This document shows, piece after piece, positions 1 through 8,568 of a DNA stretch of 64,000 bases. Position numbers and translations under genes: made by a program. The notes below the pieces were generated by a model. The model was not told the origin of the DNA. It searched no databases and worked only from the letters and a program-made list of their open reading frames with translations. The stretch covers positions 248,001 through 312,000 of the IMG/VR virus record IMGVR_UViG_3300037882_001770, one strand, 5' to 3'. Numbering within the stretch: the stretch's first letter is position 1; each line of letters opens with the position of its first letter.

Positions 1-773
1 ACGGATCGTATGATCTGCCAAATTACGCCAATCAAAATCGCATGAAATTGTTGCCTATAGATATTGTGTCTGGTAAGGTAAGTCAAAAAGAAAAAGCAAA
101 TTTGCCTAAGATAAAATTGCTATTGGAGCAAGTTTACAACAGTCGAGAACATCTTGAAATTTTAACCATCACCGGCGGGGAGCCATTTCTAAACAATCTG
201 CTACCAGAGATATTAGAAAAATTTAAAACAGTTCCTAGAATTGATTTGTTTACTGGTCTTGGAGTTAACACCGAACGATTTAAAAAAATATTATCTGTGG
301 TATCACAATACAAAAATATCAACTTGTGCATCAGTGCCGAATCTACAGAAAAAAATTACGAGTTTAACCGCTACGGCATGACTTGGCAAAATTTTCAAGA
401 ACGATTAAAAATTATTCAAGATCTTGGAATCAAATTTGAATTCCACTGCACTATCTCTAATCTTACAGTGTTAGGGTTCAAGGACTTTTATAAACTCTAC
501 AAAGATGTCAAACTACATATAGACTTTGTGCATCACCCCGATTTTATGTCAGCCAGCAACTTAGATCCTGCATCCAAACAACAAGTCATAGATGATTTAT
601 TGCCATATCAAGACGATGTAAAAATCCAACAGATATTACAAACCGTAATCAGCGATCATGTAAATAACGATCATAGGGTAACTATGGCCACGTGGCTAGA
701 GCAGTTTGCTAGTCGTCGACAACTTGATTTAAATTTATACCCAAAAACTTTTTTAGATTGGCTAAAACAATGA
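1..773 (+). CDS. Radical SAM-family protein, 5' truncated
   Basis: Frame is open upstream of ATG 42 to the window edge; ITGGEPFL motif typical of radical SAM barrels; the CxxxCxxC motif is not in the window. Confidence 0.65.
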   Translation, partial: GSYDLPNYANQNRMKLLPIDIVSGKVSQKEKANLPKIKLLLEQVYNSREHLEILTITGGEPFLNNLLPEILEKFKTVPRIDLFTGLGVNTERFKKILSVVSQYKNINLCISAESTEKNYEFNRYGMTWQNFQERLKIIQDLGIKFEFHCTISNLTVLGFKDFYKLYKDVKLHIDFVHHPDFMSASNLDPASKQQVIDDLLPYQDDVKIQQILQTVISDHVNNDHRVTMATWLEQFASRRQLDLNLYPKTFLDWLKQ

Positions 774-1069
774 GATATCTATTACTAACTTATTATACCA
801 AACCCAATGGTCAAATCGATGAGGTTATGACAGTTGCTAACAAATTAAAAACCAGAGACTGGCAGACCTGTAACATTATTCTGGACTTCAAGGATCAAAA
901 AGTATTGTTGTCCAGTGTCAAAGGTATGACCTCCACTAAAGACTGGGACACTGTTGTTGCTTATTATTACAAGCATTATACTCGCACAATCGAACGCATG
1001 TTTGAAGAAAACGGGCACCCTTTAAGTATTTTAGTGGACCAACGCAAAACAACAGAGGTTGACCAATAA
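770..1069 (+). CDS. Hypothetical phage protein
   Basis: ORF MRYLLLTYY with ATGA overlap on the previous stop. Confidence 0.6.
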   Translation: MRYLLLTYYTKPNGQIDEVMTVANKLKTRDWQTCNIILDFKDQKVLLSSVKGMTSTKDWDTVVAYYYKHYTRTIERMFEENGHPLSILVDQRKTTEVDQ

Positions 1070-1087
1070 TCCGATTTCATGTATAAT
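1059..1087 (+). promoter_or_regulatory. Sigma70-like promoter
   Basis: TTGACC-N17-TATAAT upstream of the HAD gene. Confidence 0.7.
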
Positions 1088-1093
1088 AATACT

Positions 1094-1705
1094 ATGAAAT
1101 CGAAATTTAAGAACTTAGATCGTTTAATCCTAACTGATTGTGACGGTGTATGCCTTGACTGGGAGTGGGCCTTTAATGTTTGGATGCAGGAGCATGGATT
1201 TACCGAAGTTGATGGTAGCAAGTTCAGCTACGACATGAGTATCAGGTATAACATACCTAGGGAACAAGTAACCAAGCTGATACGCATTTTTAATGAAAGT
1301 GCCGCAATTGGTTTTCTACCAGCTATGCGTGATTCGGTGTATTACATCAAACGATTGCATGAAGAACACGGATTCCGTTTCCATGCTATCACTAGTCTGA
1401 GTTTAGATCCTAATGCTCAAAAACTACGTGAAATGAATATTCACAAGTTATTCGGTCCGACTGCATTTGAAAGAATTGTATGTTTGGATACCGGTGCACA
1501 CAAAGACGAAGCACTTGAGGAATATGAAGGCACTGGATGCTTCTGGGTAGAAGACAAAATTGAAAATGCCGAAGTTGGATACCGAGCAGGATTAAAAAGT
1601 TTGTTGCTCGAACATGGGCACAACATGAACCATGAGTGCCCATACCCGATTGTGAAGAACTGGAAACAGATCTATCACATTGTTACTGACTACTCCGAAG
1701 CGTAA
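1094..1705 (+). CDS. HAD-superfamily phosphatase (5'(3')-nucleotidase-like)
   Basis: LILTDCDGV (DxD motif I) and WVEDK (motif IV); start chosen downstream of the promoter -10. Confidence 0.75.
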   Translation: MKSKFKNLDRLILTDCDGVCLDWEWAFNVWMQEHGFTEVDGSKFSYDMSIRYNIPREQVTKLIRIFNESAAIGFLPAMRDSVYYIKRLHEEHGFRFHAITSLSLDPNAQKLREMNIHKLFGPTAFERIVCLDTGAHKDEALEEYEGTGCFWVEDKIENAEVGYRAGLKSLLLEHGHNMNHECPYPIVKNWKQIYHIVTDYSEA

Positions 1706-2436
1706 AGTTTTAGCACAGAATCAATAATTCTGTGTCGCTGTATGTCCTTGTTGTCCAAATGACAAACTGCGATTCCTTTTACACCCCCTTCCTCTAATCG
1801 TGAACAAAGGTCCATTAAACCATTGTTGCCGCGATTACGATCGGCCTGTTCTACGTCGCCCGTGATTACAATTTTTGAGCCTTCGCCGATACGGGTCATC
1901 AGCATTTTTACCTGATTAGGTGTTGCATTTTGCATTTCATCTGCAATAATAAAACTATTTTTGAATGTGCGGCCACGCATAAAAGCCAATGGTGCAATTT
2001 CAATTTTCTGCTCTTCTATCATTTCTGCTATATCTTGTGGACGATAGTATTCACGCAAAATATCAGTTAACGGACGAACCCAAGGATCCATTTTTTGATT
2101 CAAATCGCCTGGCAAAAAGCCATGCTTCTCATCCTCTACACCCACTGCTGGGCGTGTTAGTACAATACGGTCTACTTCACCTGCTCTAAATGCTTTTACT
2201 GCTGCAAGCATGGCCAAATAGGTCTTTCCTGTTCCGGCCGGTCCTGCGGTGACCACAATATGTTGATCAACACTCTGCAACGCCAATACCAAACGTTCTT
2301 GATTGCGTGAACGAGGCACGATCTCAATAGACTTTTGTTTTTGCGGCTTTGTTTGATCAAATCTTATGGTGTTTTCATGTGGTGTCATAATGATGTTGTT
2401 ACGACGTTGTGATTTTGCTGCTCTATTTCTACTCAA
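1690..2436 (-). CDS. phoH: PhoH-family ATPase
   Basis: GPAGTGKT Walker A, RGRTF, IIADEMQN, GDVEQAD; TTG start with GGAG RBS. Confidence 0.95.
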   Translation of the reverse strand: MSRNRAAKSQRRNNIIMTPHENTIRFDQTKPQKQKSIEIVPRSRNQERLVLALQSVDQHIVVTAGPAGTGKTYLAMLAAVKAFRAGEVDRIVLTRPAVGVEDEKHGFLPGDLNQKMDPWVRPLTDILREYYRPQDIAEMIEEQKIEIAPLAFMRGRTFKNSFIIADEMQNATPNQVKMLMTRIGEGSKIVITGDVEQADRNRGNNGLMDLCSRLEEGGVKGIAVCHLDNKDIQRHRIIDSVLKLYASE

Positions 2437-2487
2437 AGTAAACTCCGTTGTAGTTAAGGTAAATTGACAGCAGGTTGCTGTCTAAAG

Positions 2488-2493
2488 TATTTA
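2488..2493 (-). promoter_or_regulatory. Late-promoter-like TAAATA for phoH
   Basis: CTAAATAC on the minus strand ~50 nt upstream of phoH; GACAGCA/TGCTGTC hairpin at 2466-2482 in the leader. Confidence 0.45.
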
Positions 2494-2606
2494 GATGTTA
2501 TTTTGAAAAGTTTTATAGGTACTAATATCCGAAATCTCCAAGCTAAGTATTAAGCTAGGCTGTAAAATACTGCAAATTCAAAATAGTAACACTATTCAAC
2601 TTACCA

Positions 2607-2612
2607 TAAATA
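2607..2612 (+). promoter_or_regulatory. Late-promoter-like TAAATA
   Basis: TAAATA 5 nt before ATG 2618; motif recurs before many genes in the window. Confidence 0.6.
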
Positions 2613-2617
2613 CTCAT

Positions 2618-3193
2618 ATGGGCAATAACAAAACAATCGATCATGAAATTTTTAAAAATGGCGAGGACTATTGGCAAGTAGCTGAAAATATCCGCGATAT
2701 CTATCTGAGCGAAGGTAGTTTGCTTAGTCTATTAGATTTTGAACGTGTGTTGGATGAGCTAGATTTGTATGCTTTTAAAAATTGGTCTATCGGTGAGCTG
2801 GTGCAAGGCCCAACAGTTGGAAAATATCGTGTTACATGTATATTCATGTGGCCTGAGAAACTAATGCCAGATCCACGTGGTGCTCGCAGACTACTGCCAT
2901 TTGATTGCGATGTTAAATTTAAAAAAACCATGATGAAAGTACCGATAAAAATCAGCGATCCCAGTGACTATCGCGACGGCACAAAAAAAGCCAGAATAGT
3001 TGAAAAGAAAGTTTGGTTGGTAGAAATCACCATGCCCAAGAGTTTAATGAGCGATATTCGAACAGGTTCAATTGAATTAGAAGACCAGGATATTGATCTG
3101 GCAGATTTAGATAGTGCATATGAGCAGGATCTAGATCAAGAAGAATACAAAAACAACAACGAGCAAAATGCACAACAGCAACCAATTATTTGA
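2618..3193 (+). CDS. Hypothetical phage protein
   Basis: 191 aa ORF after TAAATA; acidic C-terminus. Confidence 0.7.
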   Translation: MGNNKTIDHEIFKNGEDYWQVAENIRDIYLSEGSLLSLLDFERVLDELDLYAFKNWSIGELVQGPTVGKYRVTCIFMWPEKLMPDPRGARRLLPFDCDVKFKKTMMKVPIKISDPSDYRDGTKKARIVEKKVWLVEITMPKSLMSDIRTGSIELEDQDIDLADLDSAYEQDLDQEEYKNNNEQNAQQQPII

Positions 3194-3716
3194 GAGTTTG
3201 GGATATAAAGAATTAGAAGGCTTAATGAAGCCTTCTATTCACGTGGACGAATTTAGTTCAAAAATGGGCGATGATGATGACATTATTGTGGTCAGTTTCT
3301 TTGTACGTGATTCTCAGGCTGCTAAAGATTTAATGAATTGGTTTGAAAAGGGTTACGATTTTGTAATTGATGCCGACAAGTCACCAGGTGAAATCAAACC
3401 CAATCGCTATTTGGTCTACGTAGAGATTCGCCGTCGTAGTACAGCTGGCGCACAGGTCGAAACCATAATTGACGATCTAGGAACGTTAACAGAATTTGAC
3501 TCTAACGACTGGATCATGCACTACAAAGGTAAAGAAGTTCCATTTAGCCGTGACACATTTGATTCCACTGTGCCATTGAGTCCACGTGCTTATCGTGAAC
3601 GCTATGACAAAGATCTTAATGAAGTTCGTACATCGGCCGGACTTCCAGTAAAAACAATTTACAAAAAAAACGATCCTGAATTACAATCTATCCAAAGTGC
3701 TGCTGGTATAATTTAA
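3168..3716 (+). CDS. Hypothetical phage protein
   Basis: 182 aa ORF overlapping the previous gene. Confidence 0.7.
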   Translation: MHNSNQLFESLGYKELEGLMKPSIHVDEFSSKMGDDDDIIVVSFFVRDSQAAKDLMNWFEKGYDFVIDADKSPGEIKPNRYLVYVEIRRRSTAGAQVETIIDDLGTLTEFDSNDWIMHYKGKEVPFSRDTFDSTVPLSPRAYRERYDKDLNEVRTSAGLPVKTIYKKNDPELQSIQSAAGII

Positions 3717-3804
3717 CCAGTTTGATATCAAGAAGATAGCACCCAGCAGGTAAATCTGTTGGTTCAATCCCCCAATCATTAAATAACACAAATTAAGGAA
3801 CACA

Positions 3805-4644
3805 ATGCCACAACGTATATTAATCATGGGGTTACCAGGATCAGGAAAAACAACCTTAGCTGGTACACTTAAACAATACCTAGAGGAGCACGGAGAAATT
3901 AGTTACGGACGTGCTCTTGGTGAACACATTGGCGATTTGAATGCCAAGGTAACTTGGTTTAATGCAGACGATATTCGTCGCAAGTACAACGACTGGGACT
4001 TCAGCAACGACGGACGTATTCGTCAAAGTCTGCGCATGTTCCAGTTTAGTATGGAGGCTAGTGGTGAATATGTTATTTGCGACTTTGTTGCACCACTGGT
4101 AGAAATGCGTAACAACTTCAAAGCTGACTGGACCGTTTGGGTAGATACTATACGTGAAGGTCGTTATGCCGATACAAATGCGGCGTTTGTTGAACCAGAC
4201 CAATACGACTTCCGTATCACAGAACAAAACGCAGAAAAGTGGGCTGAGTTTATTGGTAGTCATATTATTGAAAATCGTCGACGACCCACTTTTGATTGGC
4301 AGAAGGAAACAGTACAAATGTTGGGCCGATGGCAACCATGGCATGCCGGACACAGAGCCCTGTTTGAACGTGCTATTGCCAAGACCGGCCAAGTTGTAAT
4401 ACAAATACGTGATTGCCAAGGCTGGCAAGGTAGCAATCCATTTGAAGTAGAGAAGGTCAAAGCATTTATCAGGCGTGACTTGGATCCTATCTATCAAGGA
4501 CAGTATGAAATACAGGTAGTACCTAACATTGTAAACATTACCTACGGACGTGATGTAGGCTATAAAATTGAACAAGAATCATTTGATGAAAGCATCACCA
4601 ACATTAGTGCTACAAAGATTCGTGAAGAACTAGGACTAAAGTGA
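3805..4644 (+). CDS. Fusion of an APS-kinase-like P-loop kinase and an HxGH nucleotidyltransferase domain
   Basis: N-terminal GLPGSGKTT, NADDIR and DFVAP (CysC-like); C-terminal GRWQPWHAGH. Confidence 0.75.
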   Translation: MPQRILIMGLPGSGKTTLAGTLKQYLEEHGEISYGRALGEHIGDLNAKVTWFNADDIRRKYNDWDFSNDGRIRQSLRMFQFSMEASGEYVICDFVAPLVEMRNNFKADWTVWVDTIREGRYADTNAAFVEPDQYDFRITEQNAEKWAEFIGSHIIENRRRPTFDWQKETVQMLGRWQPWHAGHRALFERAIAKTGQVVIQIRDCQGWQGSNPFEVEKVKAFIRRDLDPIYQGQYEIQVVPNIVNITYGRDVGYKIEQESFDESITNISATKIREELGLK

Positions 4645-4844
4645 GCGACACAACTCGAAGAAGTTTAGTAAAAACCATTAGTTGGCGTATTACAGGTAGT
4701 GGCGCTACATTTTTGATTTCTTACGCAATTCTTGGTAATGTAACAGTATCTGGCACTATTGCTGCTATACAGTTAATTTTTAATACTGTTTTGTATTTTA
4801 TTCACGAACGAATTTGGAACAAAATCTCCTGGGGACAACGATAA
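4641..4844 (+). CDS. DUF2061-like small membrane protein
   Basis: RSLVKTISWR...YFIHERIW pattern; GTG start. Confidence 0.75.
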   Translation: MSDTTRRSLVKTISWRITGSGATFLISYAILGNVTVSGTIAAIQLIFNTVLYFIHERIWNKISWGQR

Positions 4845-4871
4845 ATATTGGTATCAGAAGGAGCCAATATC

Positions 4872-5489
4872 GTGGAAATCACACAACAACAACTAGCCCA
4901 AATAATCCCAAAAAATCCCTATATCCAGCAATGGTGCGATGCTTTAAACAAATTGTTGCCAGACTATGGCATCGACACTCCACAACGTGTGGCTGCCTTT
5001 TTAGCACAGTGCGCCCACGAGTCTGGCGGATTTGTGTTCTTAAAAGAAAACTTAAATTATCGTGCAGAGAGCTTGATGCGTACCTGGCCAAAACATTTTC
5101 CTACCATGGATGTTGCCGCGCAGTATGCACGTCAACCCGAGCGCATTGCCAACCGTGCCTACGCTAACAGGATGGGTAACAGCACAGAGGAATCAGGCGA
5201 CGGTGCAAGATATCTTGGGCGTGGACTTATTCAACTCACTGGTCGCAACAACTACGAAGCCTTTGCTGAAAGCATTGAAACACCAGTAGAAGAAATTCCT
5301 GCATATTTAGAAACTTTTGAAGGTGCTGTGCAAAGTGCCTGCTGGTTTTGGGAAACCAATAATCTAAATCAGTTTGCCGATACTGGTGATATTAAAACCA
5401 TGACTCGTCGTATCAATGGTGGCTTAATTGGCATAGAAGATCGTGAAAAACATTATGCACATGCTCTTCATGTGTTTGGTGATCACTGA
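4872..5489 (+). CDS. Glycoside hydrolase family 19 endolysin
   Basis: FLAQCAHESGGF, ENLNY, YLGRGLIQLTGRNNY, TRRINGG; GTG start after AAGGAG. Confidence 0.9.
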   Translation: MEITQQQLAQIIPKNPYIQQWCDALNKLLPDYGIDTPQRVAAFLAQCAHESGGFVFLKENLNYRAESLMRTWPKHFPTMDVAAQYARQPERIANRAYANRMGNSTEESGDGARYLGRGLIQLTGRNNYEAFAESIETPVEEIPAYLETFEGAVQSACWFWETNNLNQFADTGDIKTMTRRINGGLIGIEDREKHYAHALHVFGDH

Positions 5490-6100
5490 TGTGGCAAATA
5501 CAATGGCTCCTGCAACTGATACCTGATGGCATATTTGTTTGGTTGACTTATCTGCTGTTTGCGGTAGGTGTAATACTATATGTGGCCAGCAAATTGGTCA
5601 GCTGGATCCCACTCATGGGCCAATATCGTTTTCCTGCAGAATTAGCAGGTGTCGTGGCGCTTGTCATTGCCGCTTATTTCTACGGTGGCGCCAGTTACAG
5701 AGAACAGATAGCTGAAATAAAACAACAAGTTAAAATCGCAGAAGAAAAATCACAGCAAGTCAACACTGTGATTGAAACCAAAATAATTGAAAAAGTAAAG
5801 GTGGTCAAAGAAAATGTATACATTACAAGAGAAATTGTTAAAGAAGTGGCGGGGCGGCAATTGGATGCTCAGTGCAGTCTGCCTCAGTCTACTATCAGCC
5901 TGCACGACAGTGCCAGTCGTAATGAAGTTCCCCAGCGTGCCGCCGCAACTGATGGAACCCCCAGCGGCGTTGAAGCCAGTCGGCTCCTCGACCGAGTCAT
6001 TGAAAACTACGGTGCCTGTCACGAAAACACAGAAAAACTAAAGGCCTGGCAAGAATGGTATAACAGCCAACGCGAGATCTACGAAGGTATTGGAAAATGA
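5489..6100 (+). CDS. Rz-like inner-membrane spanin
   Basis: N-terminal TM helices, coiled-coil periplasmic part, directly after the endolysin, carries an embedded lipoprotein ORF. Confidence 0.7.
   Translation: MWQIQWLLQLIPDGIFVWLTYLLFAVGVILYVASKLVSWIPLMGQYRFPAELAGVVALVIAAYFYGGASYREQIAEIKQQVKIAEEKSQQVNTVIETKIIEKVKVVKENVYITREIVKEVAGRQLDAQCSLPQSTISLHDSASRNEVPQRAAATDGTPSGVEASRLLDRVIENYGACHENTEKLKAWQEWYNSQREIYEGIGK
5814..6041 (+). CDS. Rz1-like outer-membrane spanin lipoprotein embedded in Rz
   Basis: Alternative frame inside Rz; lipobox LLSAC then a Pro-rich mature part (FPSVPPQLMEPP); start could be 5865. Confidence 0.7.
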   Translation: MYTLQEKLLKKWRGGNWMLSAVCLSLLSACTTVPVVMKFPSVPPQLMEPPAALKPVGSSTESLKTTVPVTKTQKN

Positions 6101-6498
6101 AACGAATACTTGTAGCCTTTTTTGCACTTTCTCTGACCAGTTGTGCTCTTTGGGACGCCTACATGATGGCTCCCTATGATGCCAATGAATACCTGCAGAT
6201 CACTGAGATCCGGGCCACAGCTGGACAGTACAGGCGACAATGTGATAACCCTATCTTGGCCGTTGCTAACGCACAGGCCATGGCCAACCGCACAGATCTG
6301 TTTGAAAAATATGAGGAACTGATTCCTAGAAATGACAATGGCTTCCGTGCATCACAGGCACTCAACGAAATAGCCCAGGGACTCAACACTGCCTACGCAA
6401 AAGGCCCTGTGAGTCCAATGTTTTGCAAATTAAAATACAACAACATCGAGCACAATGCCGAGCTTATACAAAGGGTAACAGCGGGCAGACCGCGTTAA
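6097..6498 (+). CDS. Lipoprotein of unknown function
   Basis: MKRILVAFFALSLTSC signal and lipobox. Confidence 0.7.
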   Translation: MKRILVAFFALSLTSCALWDAYMMAPYDANEYLQITEIRATAGQYRRQCDNPILAVANAQAMANRTDLFEKYEELIPRNDNGFRASQALNEIAQGLNTAYAKGPVSPMFCKLKYNNIEHNAELIQRVTAGRPR

Positions 6499-6514
6499 TA
6501 ACAAGGAGAAAATA

Positions 6515-6775
6515 ATGAGTTGGTCGCAATGGGAAACCGAAGTATTACACATCTTAGACAATTCTGATGACGAAAACACTAGAATGGTGGCCACCGCTAC
6601 CAACGCTTATGGCGAAGAACTGCGTGCCGGCAATATCAGTCAATCCGAATACGCAGAACTGTTGCGAGATCTACAACGTCAGATCACCATCACCGAAAAC
6701 ATGTCACAATTTGAAACCAAACAAAGGTTAAATACAGCTATAACTGCCCTGATCAATGTGGCCTCAGCAGTATAA
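6515..6775 (+). CDS. Hypothetical protein
   Basis: AAGGAG RBS, 86 aa ORF. Confidence 0.65.
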   Translation: MSWSQWETEVLHILDNSDDENTRMVATATNAYGEELRAGNISQSEYAELLRDLQRQITITENMSQFETKQRLNTAITALINVASAV

Positions 6776-6814
6776 TAGTAGCACATTATAATAATAAAAA
6801 TAAAAGGAGCCGAT

Positions 6815-7270
6815 ATGCCAGCCGAAGAAGTCAAAAGCGAAAGTGCAAAGAAAAACGAAGATTGGATGAATTCAAAATGGCGTCCAGCCATGGGTTGGAT
6901 GTACATGTTGGTGTGTATATCTGATTTTGTATTGTTTCCAGTATTATGGAGCTTGATCCAAGTGGTCGGTGACGGTAAAGTAGAAACACAGTGGAGTCCG
7001 ATTACACTCCAGGGTGCAGGACTATTCCATATGGCTATGGGTGCTATATTAGGTATTGCGGCGTATGGTCGTACACAAGAAAAACTAGGCGACAAAGCAG
7101 GTGCAACCATGTCAGCGCCAACGTTGAGTGCTCCAGCACCGGCATTTGGCAATGTTCCACTGGGCGGTAATGCCATGAGTACTGCTCCTGCATTTGGATC
7201 TAAACCAGCAACAAACACACCAACACCAACATTTGGTGCGCCAGTACAACCGGCACACCCAGAAATTTAA
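6815..7270 (+). CDS. Holin-like membrane protein (GTA 3TM-holin-like)
   Basis: WRPAMGWMY...DFVLFP...ILGIAAYGRTQEK pattern in lysis context; Pro/Ala-rich tail. Confidence 0.7.
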   Translation: MPAEEVKSESAKKNEDWMNSKWRPAMGWMYMLVCISDFVLFPVLWSLIQVVGDGKVETQWSPITLQGAGLFHMAMGAILGIAAYGRTQEKLGDKAGATMSAPTLSAPAPAFGNVPLGGNAMSTAPAFGSKPATNTPTPTFGAPVQPAHPEI

Positions 7271-7282
7271 AGGAGACTTATT

Positions 7283-7402
7283 ATGTTAGATACATTATTT
7301 TGGATAGCGATAGGAGCATTTGTAGGTTGGAATTTTCCACAACCGTTTTGGGCTAGAATGATTCAGGAAAAAATCAAAGCAATGGTTAGTAAGGAAAAAT
7401 AA
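7283..7402 (+). CDS. Small membrane protein (39 aa, missing from ORF track)
   Basis: AAGGAG RBS; MLDTLFWIAIGAFVGWNFPQPFWARMIQEKIKAMVSKEK. Confidence 0.65.
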   Translation: MLDTLFWIAIGAFVGWNFPQPFWARMIQEKIKAMVSKEK

Positions 7403-7403
7403 A

Positions 7404-7655
7404 ATGAAACTACTTAATATTACAGCCTGTACAATTATTGCGGCATTGGTAGCTTTTACAGCAACGCCAGTCTGGGCAGCCGACGCACCAAAATCTGAAA
7501 AAGTTTGCAAAACAGATCCTAACACTAAAAAAGAAACATGTACCAAAAAGGTTTGCAAAGTTGACCCTAAAACCAAAAAAGAAACATGCAAAACAATTAA
7601 GATACACGAAAAGTTAGAAGGCACCAAGGTTCCAGAAAAACCAACCAAAAAGTAA
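7404..7655 (+). CDS. Small secreted Lys/Cys-rich protein with an internal tandem repeat
   Basis: Signal peptide ending VWA-A; two copies of KVCKxDPxTKKETC (48 nt period). Confidence 0.7.
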   Translation: MKLLNITACTIIAALVAFTATPVWAADAPKSEKVCKTDPNTKKETCTKKVCKVDPKTKKETCKTIKIHEKLEGTKVPEKPTKK

Positions 7656-7684
7656 TTGCCAGCACCTCGAGCAGACAGTATAAT
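7656..7684 (+). promoter_or_regulatory. Sigma70-like promoter
   Basis: TTGCCA-N17-TATAAT upstream of dnaJ. Confidence 0.6.
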
Positions 7685-7711
7685 TAATATGCTGTCTGCT
7701 TTTTCTTTTAT

Positions 7712-8500
7712 ATGACCAATCATTATCAAACTCTAGGCGTTGACCGCAGCGCTTCCCCAGATGAAATTAAACGAGCTTATCGAAAGTTGGCCAGCCAGCA
7801 TCACCCCGACAAAGGTGGTGACACTAAAAAATTTCAAGAAATACAAACAGCATATGATGTACTAAGTGACCCGCAGAAAAAGTCTGCCTATGATAATCCT
7901 GCAGCCCAGACTTTTTCTGGGTTCGGTAATCAACCATTTGATTTTGATACTATTTTTGACATATTCGGTGCTAGATTTAATCATCCACATCAACAACCAC
8001 GTGGGCGCACACAGGCACGCATGAGTCTATGGATTACTCTATTAGACGCGGTGCAGGGCGGGAGACGTACTATCAGTATCGGCACTCAGCAAGGAACCCA
8101 GGCAGTAGAAATAGAAATTCCAATTGGGATCAATGACAGTGACTCTGTACAATATTCTGGTATTGCGCCAGGTGGTGGCGACTTGATAATAACGTATCGC
8201 ATACATAACAATCCTAAATGGCAACGCCAGGGATCTAATCTCATAACCGAACAAATGATCACTATCTGGGATTGCATACTAGGTGGTCAGACCATGTTGC
8301 GAGATATCGAAGGCAATCAATTAAACTTAACAGTTCCAGCAAGAACTCAGCCCGGCACAATGCTACGACTTCGTGGTCGCGGAATTCCACAGAGGCAAGG
8401 ACCAACTGGAGATCTTTTGGTTAAAATTGTTGCACACATACCTGACCAAATTGACCCTGAATTGCTGACTATGATTGAGCAAACTGGCAATAAAAACTAA
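7712..8500 (+). CDS. dnaJ: DnaJ-class chaperone without zinc finger (CbpA-like)
   Basis: J domain with HPD, G/F-rich linker, C-terminal GDL domains. Confidence 0.9.
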   Translation: MTNHYQTLGVDRSASPDEIKRAYRKLASQHHPDKGGDTKKFQEIQTAYDVLSDPQKKSAYDNPAAQTFSGFGNQPFDFDTIFDIFGARFNHPHQQPRGRTQARMSLWITLLDAVQGGRRTISIGTQQGTQAVEIEIPIGINDSDSVQYSGIAPGGGDLIITYRIHNNPKWQRQGSNLITEQMITIWDCILGGQTMLRDIEGNQLNLTVPARTQPGTMLRLRGRGIPQRQGPTGDLLVKIVAHIPDQIDPELLTMIEQTGNKN

Positions 8501-8509
8501 CTATATTAC

Positions 8510-8538
8510 TTGCACTTAAAAGTGATATAATATATAAT
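8510..8538 (+). promoter_or_regulatory. Sigma70-like promoter
   Basis: TTGCAC-N17-TATAAT upstream of clpA. Confidence 0.65.
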
Positions 8539-8568
8539 GTAACGTAGCAATCACCATTCAAGGAACTC

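Noticed and set aside
1-773. Second QueE or viperin-like radical SAM
   Set aside because: The cluster-binding region is outside the window and no family-specific motif is visible; it cannot be assigned.
3880-4575. Long minus-strand ORF (and similar shadows such as 57659-58255, 6679-7218, 54736-55185)
   Set aside because: Antisense to well-supported genes, with no motifs or RBS; typical shadow ORFs.
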